A DNA stretch of 64,000 bases from an uncultured Planctomycetaceae bacterium (GCA_963833985.1 CAWIAD010000001.1:2784001-2848000); one strand, 5' to 3'. Shown: positions 46,484 through 55,843, numbered from the stretch's first letter. Numbers and translations: made by a program. Notes: a model not told the origin generated them from the sequence alone.

Positions 46484-47915
46484 CGCGCGACGCCGGTCCC
46501 CAGCCGGCCGCGAGCCGTTCAGGGAGGTTGATCGCCCGTACGTCCACGCGGGCCCGGAGCCGGTAAAGCATGGCCGCCATGCCGAAGTTCCAGCGCGCGA
46601 TGAACGCGTTCATGGGCAACCACGGTGCCGCGATCCGTTCGCGACCGATCGCGGCAAAGCGGGCAACGCCCTCGCGAAGATAGGCCGGGTCGCCATAATC
46701 AAAGGGCCCTTCCTGGCGGTAGGGCCGCCAGCTCCATCGGCAGAATTCAAGGTTCAGGGCCAGAATCTCGGGTTCCATCTCGTCGTCCTCGCCCAGCCCG
46801 AGGCAGGCGCGAAGCGCCGCGAGCATGTCGCCCTCATTGCCGTGGATCGCCCGGTCGGCAAGGCGATTGCATTCCCACTCGCGGTCCGTATAAGGCCGCA
46901 CACAACCGAAGTCGAGAAAACCGAGCCGGCCGTCGGCACGAAACAGGTAGTTCCCCGGGTGCGGGTCGGAGTAAAGCAGACGGCCCGCGAAGTGCAGGCG
47001 GCTCCCCGCCCGGAAGAGCAGGCTGCCAAAGTGATCCCGCAATTCCTGGTCCGGATTGCCGGCCAGGAAGGCGTTGATGTGAACGCCGTCGACATACTCC
47101 ATCGTGAGCACTCGTCGCGTGCTGTATTCACTGTACACGCGGGGGACGACGATCTGGTCGTCCTCTTGAAAAAGCGAGCGGGCGCGGCGCTGCCATTCGG
47201 CCTCGCTCTGGTAGTCGGTCTCCTGCTCGATGACGCGGCGAACATCCTCGAGCTGATTCTTCAGAGGCTCCCAACCCCGACCGAGGCGTAGCGGCAGAAG
47301 GAAGGCGGACAGGTTGCGAAAGTCTGATCGGATCGAGCGGCCAATGGCCGGATACTGAACCTTCACGGCCACGTCCTGGCCCGTCTTCAGCGTGGCGCGG
47401 TGCACCTGGCCCAGTGATGCGGCCGCGAAGGCACGTGAGTCAAATGTCGCGAAGACCTCCTCCGGCTCGCTCCCCAGCTCGTTTCGCACATGTTCTCGTA
47501 GCAGGGCGAAGTGCATCGGGGGCGCCTCGAAGTGCAGCCGCTCGAGCGTCTCCACGATCTGGTCCGGGAGGACCGAGGGAAGATTGGCCAGTGCCTGGCC
47601 CACCTTCATGGCCGCGCCGCGCAGGTAGCCCATGGTACGGAGCATCTTCAGCGCCGCGCGCAGGTGGACCTCGGCCAGCGCCTGTTCGCGCCGGTCCGCA
47701 TCGACGCACCAGCTCCGTACCCAGTACGCCAGGTATGCGAGTGCGACCTGGGCATGCAGCCCGCCGAAAACCCAGAGGCGGCGCACGGAGCCCGCCGGGA
47801 CCGGATGACTGTTCAGATCGGTCAGGGCCATCCGCAACGGGACAAGCCCGGTCAATTCCTCGTCTTCGTCGGGGTCGGGCAGTGCGGCGATGAGTTCGGC
47901 AAGCTCGGGGGACAT
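46481..47915 (-). CDS. ABC1/UbiB/AarF atypical kinase
   Basis: LRGAAMKVGQ, AAASLGQVHRA, VAVKVQYP, DPHPGN and LDFGC. The 3' end is inferred: one G fewer near 46500 gives GWDRRRA* with TAA at 46481-46483. Confidence 0.85.
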
Positions 47916-47954
47916 GACACGGCTCCTCTCAGCTCCGGGCCCTCGCGGGCCGGC

Positions 47955-48548
47955 TCACTCGGGACGGGGAAACGAGCCCACGAAAGCCCTCAGGTAGTGG
48001 TCAAGGACAGCGAGCGTGTCCTCCTGGTGCGGCGACTCGTCGCACGCCCAGAAGGCCAGCACGCCCGTGTAAAGCGTCCAGTACAGGTTCAACGCCAAGG
48101 GCGGCAGCTCCGTTGCGGGACACCGTGCCGCGATCAGCCGCCCGACCGACTCCAGGTGATCGACGCGGATCGCCTCTGCGTCCGGGCTGGCCCGGGCTCG
48201 GGCGAGCGGGCTCAGGGCCGTCTCGAGCACCGGCCGCAGATAAGCCCGATGGCGCCGCAGGCTGCGCAGCTCGGCGGCGATCAGCGCGAAGAGGTCCTCC
48301 TCGAGCGATTCGCCGCGCGGCCGCTGATGAAACCGGCGCCGCGCCGCGCCCAGCGTCTCGGCGACGAGCGACAATGCCATCGCCTCCTTCGCCGGGAAGT
48401 AATTGAACAGCGTCCCGGCCGCGATCCCCGCGCAGGCGGCGATCTCACGCGTGGTCGCTGCCTCGAATCCCGCCCTGGAAAAGCACTCCTCGGCCGCCTG
48501 GAGAATGCGGCTCCGGGTCGCAAGCTTCGTCTCCGCGGTCACCCTCAT
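47955..48548 (-). CDS. TetR/AcrR family regulator
   Basis: ILQAA..CF...GF.ATT.EIA..AGIA.GTLFNYF..KE HTH. Confidence 0.92.
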   Translation of the reverse strand: MRVTAETKLATRSRILQAAEECFSRAGFEAATTREIAACAGIAAGTLFNYFPAKEAMALSLVAETLGAARRRFHQRPRGESLEEDLFALIAAELRSLRRHRAYLRPVLETALSPLARARASPDAEAIRVDHLESVGRLIAARCPATELPPLALNLYWTLYTGVLAFWACDESPHQEDTLAVLDHYLRAFVGSFPRPE

Positions 48549-48566
48549 GTTCCGTCTCCCTTAATC

Positions 48567-48630
48567 TGAGCGTGCTCACATTCTAGGAGCCTTCAGGGGG
48601 TTGTCAACCGGTAAAATGAGCGTGATCACA
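48567..48630 (-). promoter_or_regulatory. Promoter of tetR-ABC1 flanked by two putative TetR operators
   Basis: Minus strand TTGACA (48607-48602), 16 nt spacer, TAGAAT (48585-48580); palindrome TGAGCGTGCTCA at 48567-48578 and a variant TGAGCGTGATCA at 48617-48628. Confidence 0.7.
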
Positions 48631-48789
48631 AAAACTCGCGACTCGGTTTGAAGTGCGCGGCGCCCGGTGAATTCGAGCTTGCAGTGAAGTGACGCCGAAG
48701 GGATTCTGATTTTCGACGCAATGGTGCTGTCACGGGCCCGCGGGTCCGCGCGAGGAATCACGGTTGAACGAGCGAGTCGAACCAGACCG

Positions 48790-49383
48790 ATGAACCCGCG
48801 GAAGATCAAGCACCTCGACCGGGAGCTGAGAAGTCTGCAAGTGCAGATCAAGACCGCTAACGAACTTGATTACTTGCAGCGTGCGGAGATCGCCCGGAAG
48901 GCTCAAAGCCTTGTGCACGAAGCGGCGGCGTTCAGCCGATCGCATCCGCGCGATCTCCGTGCCCGGGAAATTCATGCCTCGTTGGTCGAGCTGTTCCGTG
49001 AAACGGTGGCCCAAGCCTGTCCGCCGGCTTTCCGGCAGCCTGACCCAGGTTGGGGACTGACCAGCGCCGCCGGCCTGGAAAGCGCCGTGAGCTACCTGGA
49101 GGCCGACCCCTGGTATTTCCGATCGGGTTACCTCAAGGCCGAGCTGATCCGGAAGATCCGTCGCCTCGAACTGCCGCCGGGGCTCGCCGATCGGCTGCTC
49201 CACGTCGTCCTGGCGGCCGTCGACATGCGTGATCGCCGCGAGTTCCGCGAATACTGCCGGCTGGCCAGGAAGCTGGATTCACCGGAGTTGAGGGGCGAAC
49301 TCTCGTCGCGGCTCCGGCACGAGGACCCGGCCGTCCGGCGGCGCGCACGCTGGGCGCTGGATGCGTGCGAGAAACCGAGATGA
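48790..49383 (+). CDS. Hypothetical helical protein
   Basis: Coding-like ORF with LEADPWYFRSGY and a C-terminal HEAT-like DPAVRRRARWAL. Confidence 0.6.
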   Translation: MNPRKIKHLDRELRSLQVQIKTANELDYLQRAEIARKAQSLVHEAAAFSRSHPRDLRAREIHASLVELFRETVAQACPPAFRQPDPGWGLTSAAGLESAVSYLEADPWYFRSGYLKAELIRKIRRLELPPGLADRLLHVVLAAVDMRDRREFREYCRLARKLDSPELRGELSSRLRHEDPAVRRRARWALDACEKPR

Positions 49384-49436
49384 GCGTCCGCCCCACGAGC
49401 GGCAAAAACGCAGGCCGAAGCCCACAGCCCTGGCGT

Positions 49437-49549
49437 GTGAGGAAAGCTTCTAATCTTGCTTCTTCATTCGTGTAAAACCTATATTCTTGCCTCTTCATTT
49501 GTAGTAATAAAATTTATTCTTGTCTCTTCTTTCGTGGGACAAGATTCCA
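49437..49549 (+). repeat. AT-rich degenerate 31-33-bp tandem array of REP-like units; the last unit is split by the intron and continues at 53559-53575
   Basis: Units start at 49437, 49470, 49501 and 49534, each with TCTTGYYTCTTC; the rejoined last unit is GTGG-GACAAGA-TTCCAT-TCTTGTC. Confidence 0.7.
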
Positions 49550-50775
49550 GTGCGCCGTGGAAAGGTGTTGGTCTTCAGTGGGTGTAACTCCCACCCGGCA
49601 ACTGGGTCGCTCCAGCCGGTAGCTATCGGAGCGGCGGTGGAGGAGACGAAACCGTCGGAGCCTTCGAGACAGATGTGTCGCTTGGCGATGCAGCGAACCG
49701 ACAGGCCGTAACGCGAGTGAACGTTGAGCAGGCCTCGAAAAGTCCAATGTGGTCGCCGACCTTGCTGGAATATGGGGAAGGCCGCCGTCGCTGGGGATGA
49801 AAGGGAAACGGTTGGAATAGGCCGCCCCACGAGCGATCAGAACCCAGCGGGCCACCGGGGTATTGACGACGGCATGTCGGCACACGGAGATCAACACAAC
49901 ACGGGAAACCCCAAGCGGTGAGGGCGCGTGACCCTCAACCGGACGCCCGCGAGGGACCGGCCGGGCTGCCTGGGGTGGCGGAGAGGCCTGTAGTACCGTC
50001 GACGCCGGGTAACTCCGGTCGAGGGAAGGGGCCTTGGTTCAAGGTCAACGCAACAAGCGGCAGACAGCCGGGAGATTGGCGTGAGTCTATCACCTCCACT
50101 GAAGGTCGGGAAGTTGCAGACGGCGTTGCACACCAAAGCGAAGAACGCGCCCAACTATCGGTTCTACGTCCTGTACGACAAGATTTATCGACGTGACGTT
50201 CTGGGATTCGCCTACGAACGCTGCCGTGCCAACGGCGGCGCGCCGGGGATCGACGGCCAGAGTTTCGCCGACATCGAGGCGTCCGGGAAGGAACGATGGC
50301 TGGACGAACTGGCGGAACAACTTCGTAAGGAGACGTATCAACCCCAGGCGGTGCGGCGCGTGTACATCCCCAAAGGGGACGGCAAGCAAAGGCCGCTGGG
50401 CATTCCTTGCATCAAGGATCGTGTGGTGCAGATGGCTGCGGTGCTGGTCTTGGAGCCGATCTTCGAGGCCGACCTGGAGCCGGAACAACACGCCTACCGC
50501 CCGGAGCGCAGCGCCCTGGACGCCGTCCGCGAAGTCGAACGGCTGCTCAAGACGGGGCACACCGAGGTGGTGGACGCGGACTTATCTGGATATTTCGATA
50601 GCATACCCCATTCCGAGTTAATGAAATCGGCGTCACGGCGCATCAGCGACGGTCGCGTCCTGCGGCTGATCAAGATGTGGCTGGAAACACCGGTGGAAGA
50701 AACCGACGGGAAGGGGCAGCGCCATCGAACGACCCGGAATAAAGACCAGGGGATGGGTACACCGCAAGGTGCACC

Positions 50776-52794
50776 GATCACGCCCCCAACAATGTTGCAA
50801 AATCGTCCCTGATTCCTGACTCTGTCATTTCCAGATCGCGGCTTCGACCGAAGTACGGGCACGGATGGCAGCCCCGACTCGATCCCGATCCAAGGCAGGC
50901 TGGCGGCCGCGCTCTCGGAGAGGAGGAGTCGACATGATCACGTCCCCACGGAGGCCCACGTTCAGTCCTCCTGTCACCCGCCACTTCGAGTTCACTCGGC
51001 TTCAGGAGCAATTGATCGCGCGTGCATATCAGGTCTTGATCCCGGTCGTTTCGCAGCGCCTGGATCGGCCGCGACCCAGCCGCAACCACGCGACTGTGGT
51101 CCACACTATCCAGTCCAAGGTCGGGGGGGTTTGACAAACCATGATCACGGACAATCTCCGCGTGGCGCTCTACGCCCGGGTTTCGGGGGAGCAGCAGGAG
51201 AAGGAGGACACGATCGCCAGCCAGCTCGAGGCGGTCACTCAGCGGATCGCCACTGATGGCTTGGAATGCGAGCCCGAACTGCACTTCGTGGACGACGGCG
51301 TCAGCGGTTACATCCTGGCCCGACCGGCACTCGAGCGACTTCGGGACCAAGCCGCCGCTGGAGCCATCGACCGCCTCTATATGCTCGATCCGGATCGACT
51401 TTCACGCAAGTATGCCTATCAGGTCTTGATCCTTGAGGAACTTATCCGGTGCGGTGTCGAGGTCGTCTTCTTGCGCAACCCCGTCGGCCGCAGTCCGGAA
51501 GCCGACCTGCTGCTTCAGGTCCAGGGAATGATCGCGGAATACGAGCGCGCCAAGATCATGGAGCGTTGCCGCAGGGGCAAGCAACACGCCGCCCGCCGCG
51601 GTTCGGTCAACGTCCTCAGCGGCGCGCCGTACGGCTACCGTTACATCGGCAAGCACGAGGGAGGTGGCGAGGCGCGTTATCAGGTCCTCGCTGAAGAGTC
51701 CCGGGTCGTGCGGAAGATCTTCGAATGGGTGGGTCAGGAACGGTGCTCGATCGGCGAGGTGTGCCGACGCCTCCGGCGCGACAGTATCCCGACGCGGACC
51801 GGGAAATCGGCCTGGGATCGCGCGACGGTCTGGTTGATCCTCAAGAACCCTGCCTACAAGGGGACCGCGGCCTTCGGCAAGACGCGCTCAGGTGAGTTCA
51901 AACCTCAACGCCTCCGCCCGCAGCGAGGCCGCCCCGAACACTCCCGGCGACCGGTCTCACGGGTTGATACATCCTCGGAAGATCAAATCTTCATTGAAGT
52001 CCCCGGGCTGGTGAGCGAAGACCTCTTCCTGGCTGTCCAGGCCCAGCTTGAAGAGAACCGGCAACGCCGTCGCGACCGGCCCGGCGGTGGCCGATATCTG
52101 CTCCAGGGCCTGGTCGTCTGCAAGCGCTGCGGCTACGGCTGCTACGGCAAGCCGACGAGCCGAGCCGCGTTCGAGGGCAAGGGTAGGGTCCGCTACGCGT
52201 ACTACCGTTGCACGGGCTCTGACGCCTATCGTTTCGGCGGGCAGCGCCTCTGCTGGAACAAGCAGATCCGCACCGATATCCTTGACGCTGCCGTCTGGGA
52301 GGACTTACGAGGTCTCCTGTCCGAGCCGGAGCGGGTCCGGGAGGAGTACGAGCGGCGGCTGCAGGGTGCCCAGGGCGGGCCGAATCAGGAGGTGGAGCAT
52401 CTCGGCAAATTGATAAATAATGTGAAAAAGATGATTTCTCGATTAATCGATGCTTACGGCGACGGGTTGCTCGACAAATCGGAGTTCGAGCCCCGGATCT
52501 CGGCGGCAAGGACGCGCCTCTCGAGATTGGCGGAGGAGCATCGACAACGAATCGGCGAGGCCGCCCAAGAGGCGGAATTGCGACTGGTGATCGGTCAGTT
52601 GGAGGAGTTCGCACGTCGCGTCTCGCAAGGGTTGCAAGAGCCGGACTGGGCCACGCGACGGGAGGTGGTTCGGGCCTTGGTGAAGAAGGTCGAGATCGAC
52701 GAGCAGGAGGTCCGCATCGTGTATCGGGTCAGTCCGTCCCCTTTTGAGAAAGGCCCCCAACAACGTAGTTCGCAACATTGTTGGGGGCGTGATC
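50776..52794 (+). mobile_element. Minimal large-serine-recombinase integrative element (2015 bp plus duplicated GATC core)
   Basis: Perfect 23-bp inverted ends GATCACGCCCCCAACAATGTTGC (50776-50798) and GCAACATTGTTGGGGGCGTGATC (52772-52794); precise removal restores the RT gene. Confidence 0.9.
50934..51134 (+). CDS. 66-aa accessory protein (candidate recombination directionality factor)
   Basis: AGGAGGAG RBS before ATG 50934; stops 6 nt before the recombinase start; function inferred from position only. Confidence 0.6.
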   Translation: MITSPRRPTFSPPVTRHFEFTRLQEQLIARAYQVLIPVVSQRLDRPRPSRNHATVVHTIQSKVGGV

Positions 52795-53015
52795 TCACCA
52801 TTGTTGTCCAACATCTACATGCGACGATTTGTGAAGGGATGGAAGACTGGTGGACACGAGCGGCGTCTGGTCGCGCGAATCGTCAACTATGCGGACGACT
52901 TCGTCATCTGCTGTCGCGGCACGGCCGAAGAGGCCATGACGGTGATGCGGAAGATGATGTCCAGGCTGAAGTTAACGGTGAACGAGACCAAGACGCGGCT
53001 GTGCCACCTGCCTGA
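51141..53015 (+). CDS. Large serine recombinase (catalytic, recombinase, zinc-ribbon and coiled-coil domains)
   Basis: ALYARVS, DDGVSG, RPALERL, DRLSR, PYGY, LKNPAYKG, YLLQGLVVCKRCG and YYRC; the frame reads through the right junction into intron sequence. Confidence 0.93.
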   Translation: MITDNLRVALYARVSGEQQEKEDTIASQLEAVTQRIATDGLECEPELHFVDDGVSGYILARPALERLRDQAAAGAIDRLYMLDPDRLSRKYAYQVLILEELIRCGVEVVFLRNPVGRSPEADLLLQVQGMIAEYERAKIMERCRRGKQHAARRGSVNVLSGAPYGYRYIGKHEGGGEARYQVLAEESRVVRKIFEWVGQERCSIGEVCRRLRRDSIPTRTGKSAWDRATVWLILKNPAYKGTAAFGKTRSGEFKPQRLRPQRGRPEHSRRPVSRVDTSSEDQIFIEVPGLVSEDLFLAVQAQLEENRQRRRDRPGGGRYLLQGLVVCKRCGYGCYGKPTSRAAFEGKGRVRYAYYRCTGSDAYRFGGQRLCWNKQIRTDILDAAVWEDLRGLLSEPERVREEYERRLQGAQGGPNQEVEHLGKLINNVKKMISRLIDAYGDGLLDKSEFEPRISAARTRLSRLAEEHRQRIGEAAQEAELRLVIGQLEEFARRVSQGLQEPDWATRREVVRALVKKVEIDEQEVRIVYRVSPSPFEKGPQQRSSQHCWGRDLTIVVQHLHATICEGMEDWWTRAASGRANRQLCGRLRHLLSRHGRRGHDGDAEDDVQAEVNGERDQDAAVPPA

Positions 53016-53674
53016 GGAGACGTTCGACTTTCTGGGTTATACCCTCGGCCGGAACTACGACCGACGAACGGGCCGATCCTACATAGGGTCACGCCCATCG
53101 CGGAAGAAGATCATTCGGCTGTGCAGCGAGATCAGTGCGATGACGACGCGCCAGACCACTGGACAGGACGTCGAGATGCAGATTGGTCGGATCAATCGCA
53201 AGTTACGCGGTTGGTCCAACTATTTTCGCATCGGAACGGTGAGCCCAGCCTATCGCCAAGTCAACCACCACGTCCGCTACCGGGTACGTCAGTGGTTGTG
53301 TGCGAAGTTCAAGGTGCCGGGTCAGGGGCTCAGACGCTACCCTGACAGATACCTGCACCAGGAGTTGCATCTTTACCAGCTGCAACGAACCTAGCCGCGA
53401 TGGTTTCGTGAGCGAACGTGTGAACTCAACCGATGAGACAAGCCTTGTCCGAAAGCTGGATGCGGGAAAACCGCCCGTCCAGTTTGATGAGCGGGGTGTG
53501 GAAACGAGGCCCAGCCGAGCCATCGACTCGAGCCCACCGCGCCACACCTCGACTCTACTTCTTGTCTCTTCAATGATTATGCGCGCTACCGGCAAACGAC
53601 TACGGGATGCGCAAGGCGAGTGGAGTCATTCCTGTTTATGATTGCCATCCTGCTGGCGACTTGCAGGCCTTGCT

Positions 53675-55843
53675 TCACTTTCCTGGGGACGCGCCTTTCT
53701 TCTCGCTCTTTTCCTCGGCACGGCCGAAGGCGGAGAAAAGCTCCGGAGGAACGGTCAGGTCGACGGCCTTGCAGACCTCGATCAGGAGCTGGCCCTCAGA
53801 GGCCTGGAGGCTGGAGAAACGTGTGGATTCCGCGGCTCCGAACTTATCGGTGGCGGCCAGCGCCCTCAGCTTTTCCAGGTTCTCGGCAAGCTGGCCCACC
53901 TTCTGCCGCACGGGCTCGGAGACGAGGGGGTCTTGCTTGACCTGGTCAATCTCGGCCTTGAGCCGCAGCGAGCCGCGCGTCTCGAAGCGGGCGATGGCGG
54001 CGGCGTAGAGATCTTCCAGTTGCACGGTGCTGCCCTTGGGATCGGCTTTCTGCTTCTGCCGGCGGGCGATCGATGAGCAGAAGAGTGCCCCGACGCCGCC
54101 GACCTCCTTGATGGCCAGAATCAAACGGTGCCGCGAACCCTGGCGCTGGATGGCGTCTTCCGGCAGGCTGTCCACCTTCCCGAGCGCGAGGTTCAGGTCC
54201 TCAACCGGAATGCAGAACGCGAGTGACTCCTGCTCGGCGCTCTTGCGCGTGACCACACCAATCACCTCACCGGCCGAGTTGAACACGGGACCACCCGAGT
54301 TCCCGGGGTTGACGGCAATGGTGAGCTGATAGTAGCGCTGGCGCTCGATGCTGGTGCGCGTGCTCATGAGCCCGCGGCTGATGGCGTTCTCGAGGATCAG
54401 CTCTTCGCCCGCGCCGGGGTTGCCGATCACGGTCACGTCTTCCCCCTTGCGGAACCGGTAGGAACTGACGATACGCAGAGGCGGCAGCGTGGACTTGACG
54501 CGCAGAAACGCCAGGTCGCGGTGCGTGTCCTCGTAGAGCAGTTCCGCGAGCAGCGGGCCCTGTTGCGCTTTCTCGGCAGAGGGGAAACGCACCCGCAGCG
54601 TGGTAATGAACTCGCCGTCGATCACGTGTGCGTTGGTCGCGAGGATTCCCGGCCGGACCAGGAAGCCGGTTCCCACCGAGCCGTCCCCGCTGATGAGTGC
54701 GATCGATGGCTCTGACTCGGCCGCGATCTCGGCAGCGGAGAGCGAGCGCGCGGCGGTCGGAGCAGGAGCAACACCCGGAACGTTGCCCCGCGTGGAAGCC
54801 CCCGCGCTGGCCGAGAGCCCAGCGCTCGGCGTCGTGCCCGCCGGCATGGCGGGCCTGGCCGTGCCCGTCCCGGTGCGGCCCGCCTTGGCCCGCGCGCTCG
54901 CCGCGATCATTTCCTTCTGCGAGACCAGCTTCAGGCCCGAGAGCCAGTGCATGAGGTTCAGCGCGAACTGGCGGTTGTCCGTGCCGGGCACGTTCATACC
55001 CATGTGTAAGCCTCCCTGCCGGCCCTGGATCTGGGCGGAGAGCATGGCGGCCTCGCCGAGCGCCACCACCCTGCCTTTGCCGAGCTCGAACGCCAGGCCC
55101 TGGGCACGCCCCGCCGCCGGCCCGTTGCGGCCCGGCCGGTTGGGACGCGACTGGTCGAACGCCGAGCGCGCCAGCTTCAGCAGGGCCACCGAGCCTGCGG
55201 GGCCCTTGAGCGACTGCCCGGTGAAGGTGACAACCCGGTCGATGCGCTCCGAGCCGTCGCGGCCCATGAGGATCGGATGGTCGCCCAGCAACCCGTTGAG
55301 GCGGGAGTAATTGAGCTGAGCGGGGAATCCGCGCTCGGCGTTGGTGGGGTCGAGGGTCATGCTCCGGCCCATCTCGATGCCCAGCTTGGAGGCCAGGATG
55401 TCGCACGCTGCGCCCCAGGGGTGGTGATCGGCGATCAGCAGCAGCGCTCCTCCCTCCTGGACCCAGTCGCGCACAGCCTTGCATTCGGCCGGCTCGAAGG
55501 CGGCGCTGGCCACTCTCGGGTCTTGCATCAGCGCCTCGCCCTGGGCGTTGGAAATCACCAGGATGGCGCAGTTCTTGAGCGTCCCGGGTGTGAATTTCTC
55601 GCGGTTCGCCTCGACCGTGAAACCATCGTTCGTGAGCAGGTCGGCCAGCGGCTTGTAGCGGTTGCCCGCGGTGTGAAAATTATGGTGAGCCTCGTCGATG
55701 AACACGACGGGGTGGCGATCGGTGTAAGCAGGCCGCTCCACCTTCGCGTCGAACTCAGGGTCGGGGAACTGCTGGGCCAGCGCCCCGTGCGGGACGCTCA
55801 CGAGCATGGCGATGGCGCCCAAGACCAGTGCGACGCGTGACAT
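53675..55843 (-). CDS. Secreted fusion of a DUF4350/GATase-like domain and a trypsin-like (S1C) serine protease
   Basis: Signal peptide; FIDEAHHNFHT...GGALLLIADH...GRVVALGEA; Ala/Pro linker; catalytic TNAHV, DLA and GNSGGP. Confidence 0.8.
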   Translation of the reverse strand: MSRVALVLGAIAMLVSVPHGALAQQFPDPEFDAKVERPAYTDRHPVVFIDEAHHNFHTAGNRYKPLADLLTNDGFTVEANREKFTPGTLKNCAILVISNAQGEALMQDPRVASAAFEPAECKAVRDWVQEGGALLLIADHHPWGAACDILASKLGIEMGRSMTLDPTNAERGFPAQLNYSRLNGLLGDHPILMGRDGSERIDRVVTFTGQSLKGPAGSVALLKLARSAFDQSRPNRPGRNGPAAGRAQGLAFELGKGRVVALGEAAMLSAQIQGRQGGLHMGMNVPGTDNRQFALNLMHWLSGLKLVSQKEMIAASARAKAGRTGTGTARPAMPAGTTPSAGLSASAGASTRGNVPGVAPAPTAARSLSAAEIAAESEPSIALISGDGSVGTGFLVRPGILATNAHVIDGEFITTLRVRFPSAEKAQQGPLLAELLYEDTHRDLAFLRVKSTLPPLRIVSSYRFRKGEDVTVIGNPGAGEELILENAISRGLMSTRTSIERQRYYQLTIAVNPGNSGGPVFNSAGEVIGVVTRKSAEQESLAFCIPVEDLNLALGKVDSLPEDAIQRQGSRHRLILAIKEVGGVGALFCSSIARRQKQKADPKGSTVQLEDLYAAAIARFETRGSLRLKAEIDQVKQDPLVSEPVRQKVGQLAENLEKLRALAATDKFGAAESTRFSSLQASEGQLLIEVCKAVDLTVPPELFSAFGRAEEKSEKKGASPGK

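Larger units (their letters stand above)
50081..53394 (+). pseudogene. ltrA: Group II intron RT/maturase split by the recombinase element (50081-50779 plus 52795-53394, 432 aa rejoined)
   Basis: APGIDG, RPLGIP..KDR, DLSGYFD, GTPQGAPI|SPLLSNIYM, NYADDF, FDFLGY and LRGWSNYF; halves rejoin in frame; no C-terminal endonuclease domain. Confidence 0.9.
49550..53558 (+). mobile_element. Group II intron (about 1994 nt without its internal insertion)
   Basis: 5' GTGCG at 49550; domain V-like GAAAGCTGGATGCGGGAAAACCGCCCGTCCAGTTTG at 53451; domain VI ending CTCTAC at 53558; RT ORF inside; TGGAAT at 49813-49818 complements the 5' exon end ATTCCA. Confidence 0.9.

Noticed and set aside
45273..47915. 880-aa ABC1 kinase with a long C-terminal extension
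   Set aside because: The extension reads through the repeat element and antisense to the Tat protein gene; one extra G near 46500 explains it.
49437..49549. Possible mini-CRISPR (constant TCTTGYYTCTTC with variable intervals)
   Set aside because: The constant part is about 12 bp and the period 31-33 bp; the variable parts align as decayed left arms of one hairpin.
50776..52794. Prophage or DDE-type insertion sequence
   Set aside because: No phage genes or DDE transposase; the inverted ends share the GATC core as expected for att half-sites.
50081..53394. RT as DGR, retron or defence RT
   Set aside because: It has group II intron RT and domain X motifs and is enclosed by a GTGCG start and domain V/VI; no template/variable repeat pair or msr-msd was seen.
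52744..53394. Independent 216-aa RT gene
   Set aside because: It is the C-terminal half of the split intron ORF; its first 17 codons come from the recombinase element end.
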